Positions 25,168-37,600 of a DNA stretch of 64,000 bases are shown here, piece after piece. The DNA lies in NCBI RefSeq assembly GCF_031769215.1, contig NW_026781892.1, positions 124,001-188,000 on the forward strand, written 5' to 3'. The DNA is from Ylistrum balloti (Eukaryota). How positions within the stretch are numbered: the stretch's first letter is position 1; each line of letters opens with the position of its first letter. The translations under genes and the position numbers were made by a program. Under the pieces are notes generated by a model. It searched no databases. It saw only the letters and a list, made by a program, of their open reading frames with translations, and was not told the origin of the DNA.

Positions 25168-25560
25168 TAACAAGAGGCCCATAGGACATGTATCACTCAC
25201 CTGGCTATATAATATGCCTACAGGTTGGATACTTGAATTATTTCCCATAGAGGTTAATTCTTATATTGTAACTGTCTTTCTCTTTTAATGCCCAGTAAAA
25301 GTTTATAGTTATTGGGCTGGGATCTCAACTGTTTTAAAGATAAGAAACAAGAAAGTAAGTCCCTAGAGGTGTGCCACATCCAAGGGTCAGTTCTTACATC
25401 ATGAATGTATTATATCACTTGATGCCAAGCAATTAGATATATGGTTATGGGTTGGGATTTAAAACTGTTTCAAAGATATAACCCTGAAACTAAGTACCGA
25501 TGGGTGGGGCCAGACCTAAGTGCTATTTCATGATTGTGTTTATGTTACACAATAAGGTAT
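25168..25560 (+). mobile_element. Degenerate bivalve-type interspersed repeat (Helentron/HINE-like terminus)
   Basis: aacaagaggcccataggacatgtatcactcacctg; a related copy starts near 29186 with similar downstream sequence. Family assignment is from recalled terminus motif only. Confidence 0.4.
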
Positions 25561-28500
25561 TGATATTTATATATCAATTTATTCAACTTATTGTAGGATT
25601 AGTATCGGGAAGTAGGACACTGTAGCTAAGTCATGGTTCTGTAGTAGATCAATTAAATAGGCTAATTATTATTGGTGATAGGCGAGGAGTGCAGTAGCTC
25701 AGGGTTTGTAGAGCATGTGGTGTAAATTATACTATCAGGCGGAACGGGCGTAGCTTCCTTGATAATCAAACTTATGCAATTGCCCATTCGGACAGTGACC
25801 ACTAGGTGTTAAGAGTAATTATCAAGGGCTATTTCCAGTAACAAACTAAGTAGGGGGAATCTCAACCTCGCACCTCGAGCATGGATGGTTATACTTCAAC
25901 AATCAAATCAGCTTGCAACAAGTGAAGTCCATATAAGGGGATCGCGGGACATAATCGGTCAAGATGAGATAAATAGAAGCTAGATTCTGGGGATAGGACA
26001 GAAGGGGTTTGGACACCCGACTGCACGGTCATAGATGGCTTAGAGAAGGGATTGGGACACCCCAATAGATGGGCCCTAGGTAGCCCACCAGACAAGCTCC
26101 CATACAGGTTATACCATGATGGCTTGTATAAGGAGTGGTTATGTTAGTATATACCTAGAAGTACTGTTTTTATGCAAGGACAGTTTTGATACAGAGACTG
26201 TTTTATGAGACACAATGCGAAGTGGAGTGAATATATGTGTATGTTGATGAGATGTTGCCTTTGTACATGACTATTAACATCTAAATAGACATGACTATTA
26301 CCAACAGTTATGTGTTACGCCACTGTGTTACAGTTTATCGCTTGATGCCCATCAATGCTATGTGCATATGGTCATGGGAGCAGAATTTTGACTGTTTCAG
26401 AATTTAAGAATTAAACCTCACCCCAAATAATATTTCAGACCTAATTTGGTTGAAATCTTGGGTTTTAAGCAGGAGTCGTGTTTTAAAGGAAAAGTTTACA
26501 CATGGCAATTGACAATGCACGATAGCAATAGGTCATCTGTACCCTTTGGGTAAATATAAATTATTAAGTATTGTCTAAATATAATTATAGTCACTATGAT
26601 AGTAAGATTCTCTTCCAATTAATTTTCCACGAAACCTAGGTAACTTGCAATCATCAATAATAATGACATTTTGGAAACATTTACTTCACAAATTCCTTAC
26701 AAAATTCTGCTTCACATTAAATAAAACACTATAAATTTCCACGTATAGTGCACACCTTTTCTTAGTTTAAAGTGTTTTGTCGAAAAGGGGGTGCATACTC
26801 CACAGGAATATGCCATTCTTAGGGTTATTCTCGAGTTCTCTGATCCGCCATATTGGACTACCCCCTTCACCCAGTTAGAGGCATCTGTCATATATGATAG
26901 ACTGAAGATAAAAACAAAGAATAAAACAAATTTTGAATGTTTTAATGCAAATAAGTTTCATTATTATTTATATAAAGCTAAGTAACAAAAAGTTTTAAAT
27001 TTTATCAGAACAGGTTCAATAGTACTTACGACTTGCACAAATGGAACAGTAGACCGATAAATCCATACAGCACCAAGTAATTATAAGCAGTTTTTAGTAC
27101 TGAAGTCGCTTAACACAGTCACAGATCACTTAACAAAAATCCTTCAAATTCCTCATCATCGTCACTGTTAAAGAAGGATGCCACATCAAAGTTTGCCTCT
27201 ATAGTATTTTCATTGTCGTGTTAAAAGAGGTCGTCATCCATCATCCTCCAAGTCAACATCAATGGTGGGTCCACTATCATGGGTCATCTGTTCACAGAAC
27301 GTCCAATCCCATTGCTGCTTTGAAAGTGGTGACCTTATGACCTCTCTGAATCTGCATCTGTAAAACAATTTCATCTCACATTCATTTATTAGATATTTGA
27401 CTAAAAACTTAAGTATTTTTATCTTAACAACATAAATCAAATGAACTTCTACCATATATGACGGTAAGATGGAATTTGTTTTTCTTATGTTGGGAACATC
27501 AAAAAAGCCTCGAGAAAATTTCTAATAAGCTAAGGTATTTCTTTATGCATGTACAGACCATCCTGCAAAAGATACCAGTATTCCTGTAACCAAACCTGCC
27601 AATGTTCTAGAGGTAAGCTATCAATGGTTTCCTGTACTTTATCTATTAAATACAAATGAATACAATAACCAATGATAAGAAAAGTATGTACATGTGTATA
27701 TCATATGTGTATATCAAGATCAAAAGGTATTACCCTGCATCTTCGCAAAAACGTACATTAAAATTCCATATAATAGCAAAAATATCAAAGGAGATATACA
27801 ATGTTTCAAAATATACAGAGAGAGTGTGAAGCATCATGAATGTCTACCAAAAGCATAATTACCTATCAATGGTTTGTTTAGACATCAGGATAATACAGCA
27901 TTGTTTTAACTGAAAATTTTTTACACAGGACACCTTAAATGTTGGAGAAAACTATATTTGAATATGTTAAATTAGTTTTTTGAACATGGATCTTTTGTTT
28001 TGATAATCTGTGGAATCCTCGGGTATGCTGCATTTGTTCAAATGCACAATCTATGCATTCTAACATACCATCAGCACATCAATTATGTCAGGCTAGTGTG
28101 AATCAGATGTGGGATAAATATGATTAAGCTTTATTTGACTCCTGTATGCTGAAGATGACCCTGGGGCCATGAAATTCACAACTTTGGTAAGCACTTTAAG
28201 ATGCTTTCAGTTATGAAAAGTGTTTGATTCTACAATACCTGGGTGCTGAGAAGAAGACTTTAGAAATCGGAGTCAATTTGACCCCACCCTTCAGGGCCCT
28301 GTAGGATAGGGACTGTATAATTCACAATTTTTGTTCATCTTAGGCCAGGAAAGGTTACTGCAAAGGTGATAGCAATAGGTCACCACGAGGCCCAATAATT
28401 CAAATGACCTAACTAAAGGGAATCTAGATATAAGTAAGAGAAATATCCCTATATTACTTCAAAAAATGATAGCAAGGATTGTTTATGGATGAACAGACCT

Positions 28501-28704
28501 GAGATTAAGGGCAATTTTAACAGCTCACTATCTAATGATGGGCTAGAAATGTCTAAATGTTTACACCTGAAGCCTGAGGAACATCATTTAGACAAGATCA
28601 TAAAATATGACAACAGTGTCTGCAATGACTTGATATTTAATACAAACATACTTTAACACTTTAACTGTCTGCTATGCAAATCATACTGAAGACTGAACTT
28701 GTTT

Positions 28705-28858
28705 CAGGGCTCTCGATCTGCCAGATTTGGGGCCAATAGTCGGCCCCATTCCCAGTGCAAAATAGTATCTTTTTTCCCAATTATAAGGAAAACGCCATTA
28801 TTTTTCCCAATTCTAAGGGCCCCGGGCCCCAGTCCCAAAATGGGGTGTGAGAGCCCTG
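28705..28858. mobile_element. MITE (154 bp) with CAG-starting TIRs and 5-bp TSD
   Basis: TIR CAGGGCTCTC / GAGAGCCCTG, flanked by TGTTT on both sides. Confidence 0.7.
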
Positions 28859-30599
28859 TGTTTTAGCTGGATCCAAATAGCTGTCCATCTGTGTAACTGG
28901 TGTGCTGAAGACCATGATGATGGGATCAAAATAGAGTGATTTGATCACAGGGTCATGTGTTGTCCATTGTCTACCTGAAAAAGAGACAAGTGAATCATAA
29001 ACAACATTAAAAATCAAAACAGATAGTACTGATTGAGAATATAAATAAAACAAATTGCTTGAATAACCGTGTAACTATATATTTACCTTTGATATTACCA
29101 AATGCATTAGAGATTACATTAATTTTTGCTTAACAACAATGATCTGATCACAGCAGCTGCACTGTACAGTAAGTAGTACACTAAGAACAAAGGTCCCATA
29201 GGCCTGTATTACTCACCTGGATCTTAAAGCCCAGTAATGGTACACATGCCTTTAGGTTGGGTATTTCAAATATTTCTAAATTAAAACTCAATCAATTAAA
29301 CCCTTTCATGTCGAAAGACCAATGAGTAAATTCTTGTATCATTACTGTCTTTCTCTTTTGATGCCAAGTAAGAGTTTATATGGTTATTGGGTTGGTATCT
29401 TGGCTATGTCAAAAATATGACCCAGAAATAATGTCCCTAAAGGTGTGCCATACTTAAGAGGACATTCTTGCATAACAAATGTGTTGATCTCTTGATATCA
29501 ATAAATTCTATATATATAATGTTATGAGGGAGATTTCCACCATTTTAAAGGTATAACCTAAAAATTAAGTTCAGAGTTCTTCATCATAAATGTGTTTATC
29601 TCTTAATGCCCAACATGGTATCTATAGATATGGGATGGGGATCTCAACTGTTTCAATAATATAACACAGAATCTGTCTCAAGGTGTGGAGCCAGGCCCAA
29701 GGGCCAATTTTAAATGACTTACTGAATCAAAACATAGGAAATCGAGCAATAATAAGATAGCCCTCTGACAGCCATTTTGTATAACTGATGAGATAAAATA
29801 AATGACTTATGATGTATTTTACAAATCTTCAATGAAATGAAAATGAAATGAAATGTTTCATCACTAACTTGCTTATTTTGCAAGTATATGTAAAAATATA
29901 AGTGAAAATATCACAATAAAATGACATTTTTGCTCTTTTGCCAATATTCTGTTTTAATTGACAGAAAAATTTCAGAACATACCAGTAAATACATAGAGAG
30001 AATTCAAGCTCCATGTAGATCTGAATTATGGGAAAACTTAAAAATGGCATATGACATTATATACTTGGTTAGAACTTAAGCTCAATGTGGAGTTAAACAA
30101 CTCTAAACATGGCGCAAGTTATCAATTTAAGTCCAGTTAACAGAAGTAAACTGCAGGTGGAAATAAGAATTTAAACTGTTTGTTGGAATGGCCATACAGA
30201 GATATAAAAACATTCCAAACTTGGTTTATGACGACAACTTATAAAGTTCCAAGCTAACCAGAAATTTAACATGCTGCAATTAATCAATAAATTCAAGTTA
30301 ACTGTATTTAAACTGTATGTGAAATCTGTTTGGTTATTATAGATATTCTGTTTTGTTATGATTGGTTTTTGTATTTGATGAGAAATTAACACTGATGTGG
30401 AGTGTTACACAAAAACTGAAGATTTTTCTAATTATATTGACATTTCAATTATCTTAACCATCTGACACATGTTTTCAGAGTATGATTTAGATGTGTGAAA
30501 ACTGCTTCTGACTTTTAACTAAAAGGTATAGAAATTATTTTATGGATCCAAATATGCACTAAAAATATCTCATTTAAACTAAATTTAGAAACAGATTGG

Positions 30600-30809
30600 T
30601 CATGTCAACAATAATTCAAGTTGTTTTCCTATATTATCTACAGTAATTTTATCTTTAAATGTACGCAAGGCAGCCAGGACCTCGTATATGCAGTCAACTA
30701 TACAACCACTTCTCCAAAGAAATTTGGATACTGTGGTGCCACAGATCAACTCATCATTATCATTCAATTGCCTTATATGCGAGGATCCTACAACTGCTAT
30801 CCTAACCAT
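30600..30809 (-). pseudogene. SGNH/GDSL hydrolase-like gene fragment inside the putative MULE
   Basis: MVRIAVVGSSHIRQL resembles SGNH block I (GxS-H) and FLWRSG resembles block II; block III is missing; preceded by a short intron-like gtacgt...ttaag. Confidence 0.35.
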
Positions 30810-31116
30810 ATTTTCAGAACAAAATCTGCTTTTGAATTGGCTTAACAAACGAGAAATAGAATGTTTTACGTACCCACGTGCTTGTAGACCGGCGTGAAAA
30901 GAAGTTTCAAACTTTCGAAATACTTTAATTTCGTTCGGGGAGTATGTCTCGGGATCATAGCAGTTACTTTTAAGGTACGTTTATACCAGGTTTCTGCAGT
31001 GTTCTGATAGGCAGGCTTGAAATTTACGTTATTTGTATGATTAAAATGGTAACCGCATGTGGCATTAAGTGAAAAAAGTATTAAGTATTGTAAACTGTAT
31101 AGTACATTTTAGTGGA

Positions 31117-31185
31117 AAAAATACGAAACTAAATAATAATACTAAAAGCTGACTAAAAAATTCAGAGCTGCACAATGACACATTC
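31117..31185 (-). repeat. Right terminal inverted repeat (69 bp)
   Basis: Includes a 27-bp perfect match aagctgactaaaaaattcagagctgca (31146-31172) to the reverse complement of 15439-15465. Confidence 0.88.
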
Positions 31186-31577
31186 GAAGTATAGTATATA
31201 TCACTCCGCGTATTTCAGTTTCCAGCAAACCTGCACTTTTTCTTATATTCTTTTTCTTTATTTCAAGTAAGATAACAAGTATTCAGAACTATGCCCAAAA
31301 ATGCGATACGCTGAATATAAAACAGTAGTATTGCACCTCTTATTACTTTATGAATCATTAAAAAATCAAGAACTTATTTTTCAGTATATGTGGCACACCG
31401 GAAGAAGATAAGTCCGCCAATTTTTGTTGTCCTTGGATACAGGCTGTTCTGTGCAGGTGCCCCATGAGAGTCTAAGTTGGAAAGTGATTTCCGACAATTC
31501 ATTTTACCAAACCGTAGAAAACAACCGACAAGATACCACGCAAAAAAGACTCGTACATTCGTGTCCGTAGTGGCAAG
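31186..31577. promoter_or_regulatory. AK5 proximal promoter/5'UTR; probable remnant of the PIGK-AK5 bidirectional promoter
   Basis: Lies between the right TSD and the AK5 ATG. Removing the element leaves 395 nt between the two divergent start codons. Confidence 0.5.
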
Positions 31578-31637
31578 ATGACTACGGATGATGCGAAATC
31601 CTATCTGTCAAAAAGACAGATCCCTCGACTCTTTGAG
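31578..31637 (+). CDS. AK5: AK5-like exon 1 (MTTDDAKSYLSKRQIPRLFE)
   Basis: aagATG start, GAG|GTGAGT donor, 60 nt. Confidence 0.92.
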
Positions 31638-34600
31638 GTGAGTCTCGCTTTTTTGTTGACAAATGTTGTTTTCTTCTGATTCCATGGAGCGCAATGTCAG
31701 AAGTTAATAAGGCGATAATATTAAGTGTCTGTTTTCTTCCAATAAACGAAGAATTTACCACATTTTATGAAAATAACAGATACTGGATGTTGTCAAACTA
31801 CGACAAAGATGTAGGCCCAGTACAATGTATCACGATTTAAGGCGATTAAAAAAATTAATCTTATTTAAGAAATCTAACACGACCTTTACATGTTGTGTAA
31901 TAGTAACAATGATAAGTCATGACATTGAAAAGCAGTTATAAGTATTCAGGTGGCAAAGAAACACAGACAAAATTTAAATGATAATTTAAACGAAATGCTG
32001 AACAATATTGATAGATAAAATCAGCTTTGACAAAATAATAAGTGTTGGGTCAGTCAACAATGTATGGTATACCTCAGCTGGTGAAGCTTTAATTCCAAAT
32101 TCCTTGAATTACTGGTATCAGCCTTCTCAAGCTGTAGAGACCAACAGAAGGCTCTTCAATTTGTTCACACTGTAGCTGAGACTCATCAAAGCTACACATT
32201 CTAAATCAAGTTAAGACAAGAAGAAAAAAATCACACCATCCTCCTTCTCTTTCTCTGTTGTAATGTTCATTTTAATTTTAGGACTCTCTCTACTGTAACT
32301 GTTACAGTTAATTGTCCTCTCACTGCTGTAACTATCATTAAATAGAACTGTCCTCTCTCTCTGTACTGTAATTATCTTTGTATAGGACTGTCCTGTCTGC
32401 TGTAACTATTATTACTGTTCTGTTTCTATTGTAGCAATCATTATATAGGACTGTCCTATCTCTACTGTGACTATCTTTGTATAGAATTGTCCTATCTCTG
32501 CTGTAACTATTATTGTATAGAACTTTCCACTCTCTCTGTACTGTAACAAACGTTGTATAGAACCGTCCCCTCTCTACTGTAACAATCATTGTATAGAACC
32601 GTCCCCTCTCTACTGTAACAATCGTTGTATAGAACCGTCCTCTCTCTATAGTAACAATCATTGTATAGAACCGTCTCCTCTCTACTGTAACAATCATTGT
32701 ATAGAACTGTCCTCTCTCTACTGTAACAATCATTGTATAGAACCGTTCTCTCTCTACTGTAACAATCATTGTATAGAACCGTCCCCTCTCTACTGTAATA
32801 ATCATTGTATAGAACCGTCTTCTCTCTACTGTAACAATCATTGCATAGAACTGTCCCCTCTCTACTGTAACAATCATTGTATAGAACCGTTCTCTCTCTA
32901 CTGTAACAATCATTGTATAGAACCGTCCCCTCTCTACTGTAACAATCATTGTATAGAACCGTCTTCTCTCAACTGTAACAATCATTGTATAGAACTGTCC
33001 CCTCTCTACTGTAACAATCATTGTACAGAACCGTCCTCTCTCTACTGTAACAATCATTGTATAGAACTGTCCTCTCTCTATAGTAACAATCATTGTATAG
33101 AACCGTCCTCTCTCTACTGTAACAATCAATGTATAGAACCGTCCTCTCTCTACTGTAACAATCATTGTATAGAACCGTCCTCTCTCTATAGTAACAATCA
33201 TTGTATAGAACCGTCCTCTCTCTACTGTAACAATCATTGTATAGAACCGTCCCCTCTCTACTGTAACAATCATTGTATAGAACCGTCCTCTCTCTACTGT
33301 AACAATCATTGTTCAGAACTCTCCTAACTTCATTGTGTGGAAGTATACTGGAATCAGGTTGTTTGTCCATCTGTAGATGCAACAATATGCTGACTAGTCG
33401 ACCTAAACCACTGAATTGATTTAAACAATGTCTGCTGGTTATAATCCTTATACAATGTAGATGTACATAATGTGTACGAGGTTGAGTCACCTTTTTTGGG
33501 AAAGTTATACCCCCTTTGGGACTGTAATGATTTCCAGCTACTCCTCATATATACTAATGAGTGGATTTCAATGAAATACACTGGCTTTAATCTTTAAACA
33601 TGACAGATATTTTTAATCTATAACAGGTTGCGTTATCTCCCCTTTATGGAAGTGTATGCCCCCTTTGGATTGAGTTATCCCCCCCTTTTCAGAAGCTTGC
33701 ACTCCTTTGGGAACTCAGTGATGTACCAGTTACTCCTAAAACTACTTAATTGATTTCAATGAAATTTGATGGCAATACTCCTTGTACATTGTAGCTATGT
33801 GTATCCTATACCAGGTTTAGTTGTTTCTCTTTTTCACAAAGTTATGCCACTTTGAAATATTTTTGACATTTCTAAAAGACTTTTTAACATGACATTGCAA
33901 ATATTTTATGTTATTGGGTGATAAAATAAAAAAATTAGCTAATGAAGGGTAAGAGTTGGCCCCCAGAGGTCAGATCTAATTTTCTCTACTGTCTATACTC
34001 AGTATTGTTGGTGTAGTACATAAATGCAAGTGTTTCGGGTATGGGAAGATAAGGAGTTCATTTGAGAAACACTTGCTGTTCTAAAATGACCAAAAATGCA
34101 TTAGATATATGGGTGCATGGGTGTCATTCTTTGGGATAATTAATCATAACTTGCTGAACCTTAAGTACTGTAAATTTTTAATTGTAGTCGTTGATGACTG
34201 GTTTGATGTACCATCGACCAACAGACCACATCAAATACCTGATAGATTGTCTTCAGAAGGTTCAGGAAAAGGGAGGAAACAACATCACATGGAGTGCCTT
34301 TGTAGACATACGGCGAACCAAGACACCACTTCCCCCTATCACACCTCCAGACGGAAAGAAGAGACGGTCTAGACCATCATCTAGACAGAAGGAGCCATCC
34401 AAGATAGGTAATTCTCACCCTAGTTCTTGTGATCACATGCCTCTTATGGGCAATAATTGTTTTCCTTATACTGCCGATATATTCAAATATTTCAAGTAAT
34501 GTTTAAAAGGACAAATCGCAACATTTAAAAATTGATAAAATTGTAGTTCAATTAGATGAGAACATTGTGTATCATTTAAATATGTTAACATAAAACACCA

Positions 34601-37600
34601 ACAAGGCAAATAAACTTGATTATTGCTAACGTTTTCAAGCCGTGTCTCGGCTATCTTTACTGTCTTGGTAACAACATTATGACGTAATATAAACAATGAT
34701 ATATAAGGGGAGATAATAATGTTATTAATATTTTTAAGGCGTAACGACACTAATTAATTAGCATTTAGTGGGTGCTTGAAGAGTTTGACAAACATGTCCT
34801 CTTTGCATAGTCTCTTTGTTGTACTTGAATCGGACATCTTATGGAAAGGGTACACCCAGAACAGTCCCTTGCCACAAGTTTCTAAATGTGTTCTGAGTGG
34901 AATTTTACGAGTTGCGGGTGTACGTATCTGTTGCCTATGGACGCGAATTCTTTCTGATAGTGCATTACCCATTTGTCCAATATAGTTTTCATGGCAAGTA
35001 GCGCAGATAATACAATAAATAAAATTCTTGCTTTTGCAAGTCAAGTCACTGTTTGCCTTAATTGTTTTGCCGTTTTTTAAAGTTAAACAGTGTCCTTCTT
35101 GTATGTACTGGCAGGTTCCACACCTCGTTTTCCTGCATTTCGACACTGTGTAGTCGCACTGTTCTGCAACGTTGAACTTTGCCCTAGTCAAAATTTTCTT
35201 TAGGTTTTCAGGTTGCCAGTTGCTTTGTAAAATATTTGATACTTTAACTAAATTGTGCATTTTTGAACTTTTGTGTAATGGAGGAATTGAGTCCTTTGCT
35301 GCTTTCACCATGTTGTTGTGGCATGGGTTATGTGTCAGTACAAAAGGTATAGTGTTTACGTCTGACGGTGTGACTTCAATTTTTCTAAGTTCCTCTACCG
35401 GTACAGCGTCGGCGCGTTCAATGCTCCTCGTTATTAACTCGGATGGATAATGTTGTTTTATCAGAAACGTTTGAAGTTCATTCAGCCTCTGTTTGCATTT
35501 ACCGCTGTCTATCACAATTGCACATACACACCTTGCTTAGCAGAACGGTATGTTTCTTTTTGTATGTGTTGGATGACAGGACCGGAAGTCTAGATACTGG
35601 TGTGTGTCTGTCGGCTTCTAGTAAATATCAGTTGTGATATACTTGCCAGACTTTTGTACAAAGACATCTAGGAATGGTAATTCCGAGTCGTTATATTCCA
35701 TGGTAAACTGGATAGATGGGTTGATGCTGTTCAAGATGTTCTGGAATCTAGATAGATCATCTTTGGTCTTGGTCCATATGATCCAAGTACCTTTTCCAAC
35801 ATCTCCGTATATACTGACTGAATGATTCACTATAGCTTGTCCGCAAATTGTCATGTAACTGTTGTAACTGGGTGTACCCTTTCCAGAAGATGTCCGTTTC
35901 AAGTACAACATATATACATAGATATATATAGATAGTTGAAAAAAGTCAAATCAACACGACAAATGTATATATATCTATATACAGGTCAAGAGTACTTTTG
36001 GTTGGATGATGGAACAGGTACAGTTTGATGTGAAAACTACCTATGTGCTGTAACTTGCCACAATTGTCTTTATTTTCACTGACCTGTGTGTATATTGTAC
36101 ACCTTGGACTCTTACCGGATGAATTCCTAACATTAATCACAAACATTTTTGTGAATCACCTTTAGTCCTATAACAAATATGTTATCTATATTACAATACA
36201 GTAACATGATTGACATGGAAATATATGTTAAAGTTTGATGAAACAACTTTTAAGGCCACCTGAGACAAAGACTCATCGTGACCAGTTGCAGTCACTTTTC
36301 ATCCAGCATCATATGCTGTGCATTGTCTGTCATGCATTTTTTCTAAATTCTTCTGAAAAACAAATCCCTGAACAAATATCAATGAGATATTGCAGAAACC
36401 TTCCGTGGCCAAAGGTTAACTAAAACAGGGGCTGGATGGGTGGGGCGTAGTTTGATTGAGTTTGCTTCCAAAAAATCTTCTTTTCAAGATCCATTTATGG
36501 TAGAATCAATACATGTCATGTATGGAAGGGTCTTATTAAACATACTTTGCCAAAATTATGAGTAAGATGACTGCGGGTCTCACATTTTTTTTTCTTGGGT
36601 AAGAGGTAAAATTTAGTTATTTATCAAAGAAAACATAAATTGAACATAATTTCTTGTAATCAAACATGGTTAGAATCCTTAACATGGGGTAGCTGTTAAT
36701 GTTATGCATAGTTTACACAAGTTATCATACTTTGTTAACAAAATCATTTCTATGACAAATGTTGCAACAACAGCATCTATAGAACGCAGGGGACCATTAA
36801 GGACCTTGGGCCTCGTGTTTTAAAGCAAATATGAGCTGGTGAGGCCATTGACTATAGTACATCATGTATTATCAAGTGCATAGAGTTAACATCTGTTACG
36901 TTCATTTCAGGTCCATTGAATAAGTAACAGAGTATGTTGTTACAATAAGATACATATAACTGCACACATCGTCCATTAAAACCCAGAGAGAAAGTTGAAA
37001 TAATTTTTTTTTTGTAAAATCCAATTTAATTAGAACCAGCGAGCATAATTTCCCCAAAGTTAGCTCAGGGGCTGATAGTGAGCATTTACTGAGCTTTATA
37101 GCTCTTGTATGATGTAGTTTATACAAATAAATTTAAACCACAAAGATTTATGAAAAATTTCACCTAGTATATTTTTACAACTCCTAAATGACCATCATCA
37201 GTTTGATGAATACCATAAACATGACACATGTTCTATATTGAGTCATACAGCTAGACACATCATTTACATCAAATTTATTGATGCATGAAATATGATTTAA
37301 AGTCCACCATCTTTTTCATAAATACTGCTTGAACATGTATTTTAAAATTGAAACCGTTCTGTGAATTGTAGTGTATTGATTATGTTAGATGGTGTCGTCA
37401 TGGTAACGACTTGCTGATCGGTCCAAGTAATTACCAATAATTACATTTGTATGTAATTCACTCGAGCTAAACTCTCAGATATTTTCTAATGAATATTGTT
37501 CCATGTATTTTGCCATTATTACCCGATACAGGACGCTAATAAAGAACCAACAGCGGGAGCTTTAAGTTGTTAATGAGGTTTGAAATCAATACCAGAACAC

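Larger units (their letters stand above)
15426..31185. mobile_element. Putative 15,760-bp Mutator-like (MULE) DNA transposon, non-autonomous/decayed, with nested insertions
   Basis: 69-bp ungapped inverted repeats at 15426-15494 and 31117-31185 (61/69 identical, both start GAATGTG). Flanking direct repeat GAAGTATAA (15417-15425) / GAAGTATAG (31186-31194). No transposase recognised. Confidence 0.75.

Noticed and set aside
25592-26332. Possible solo LTR (TGTA...TACA-like ends, distinct composition)
   Set aside because: The flanks (cttat / gttta) do not form a TSD, and no PBS/PPT or internal genes are visible.
15600-30500. MULE transposase (DDE/SWIM/FLYWCH) remnants
   Set aside because: I searched by eye in the ORF track and exon-like segments and recognised none, so the superfamily call rests on TIR/TSD structure only.
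32338-33490. 323-aa and 173-aa minus-strand ORFs
   Set aside because: 36-bp minisatellite artefact.
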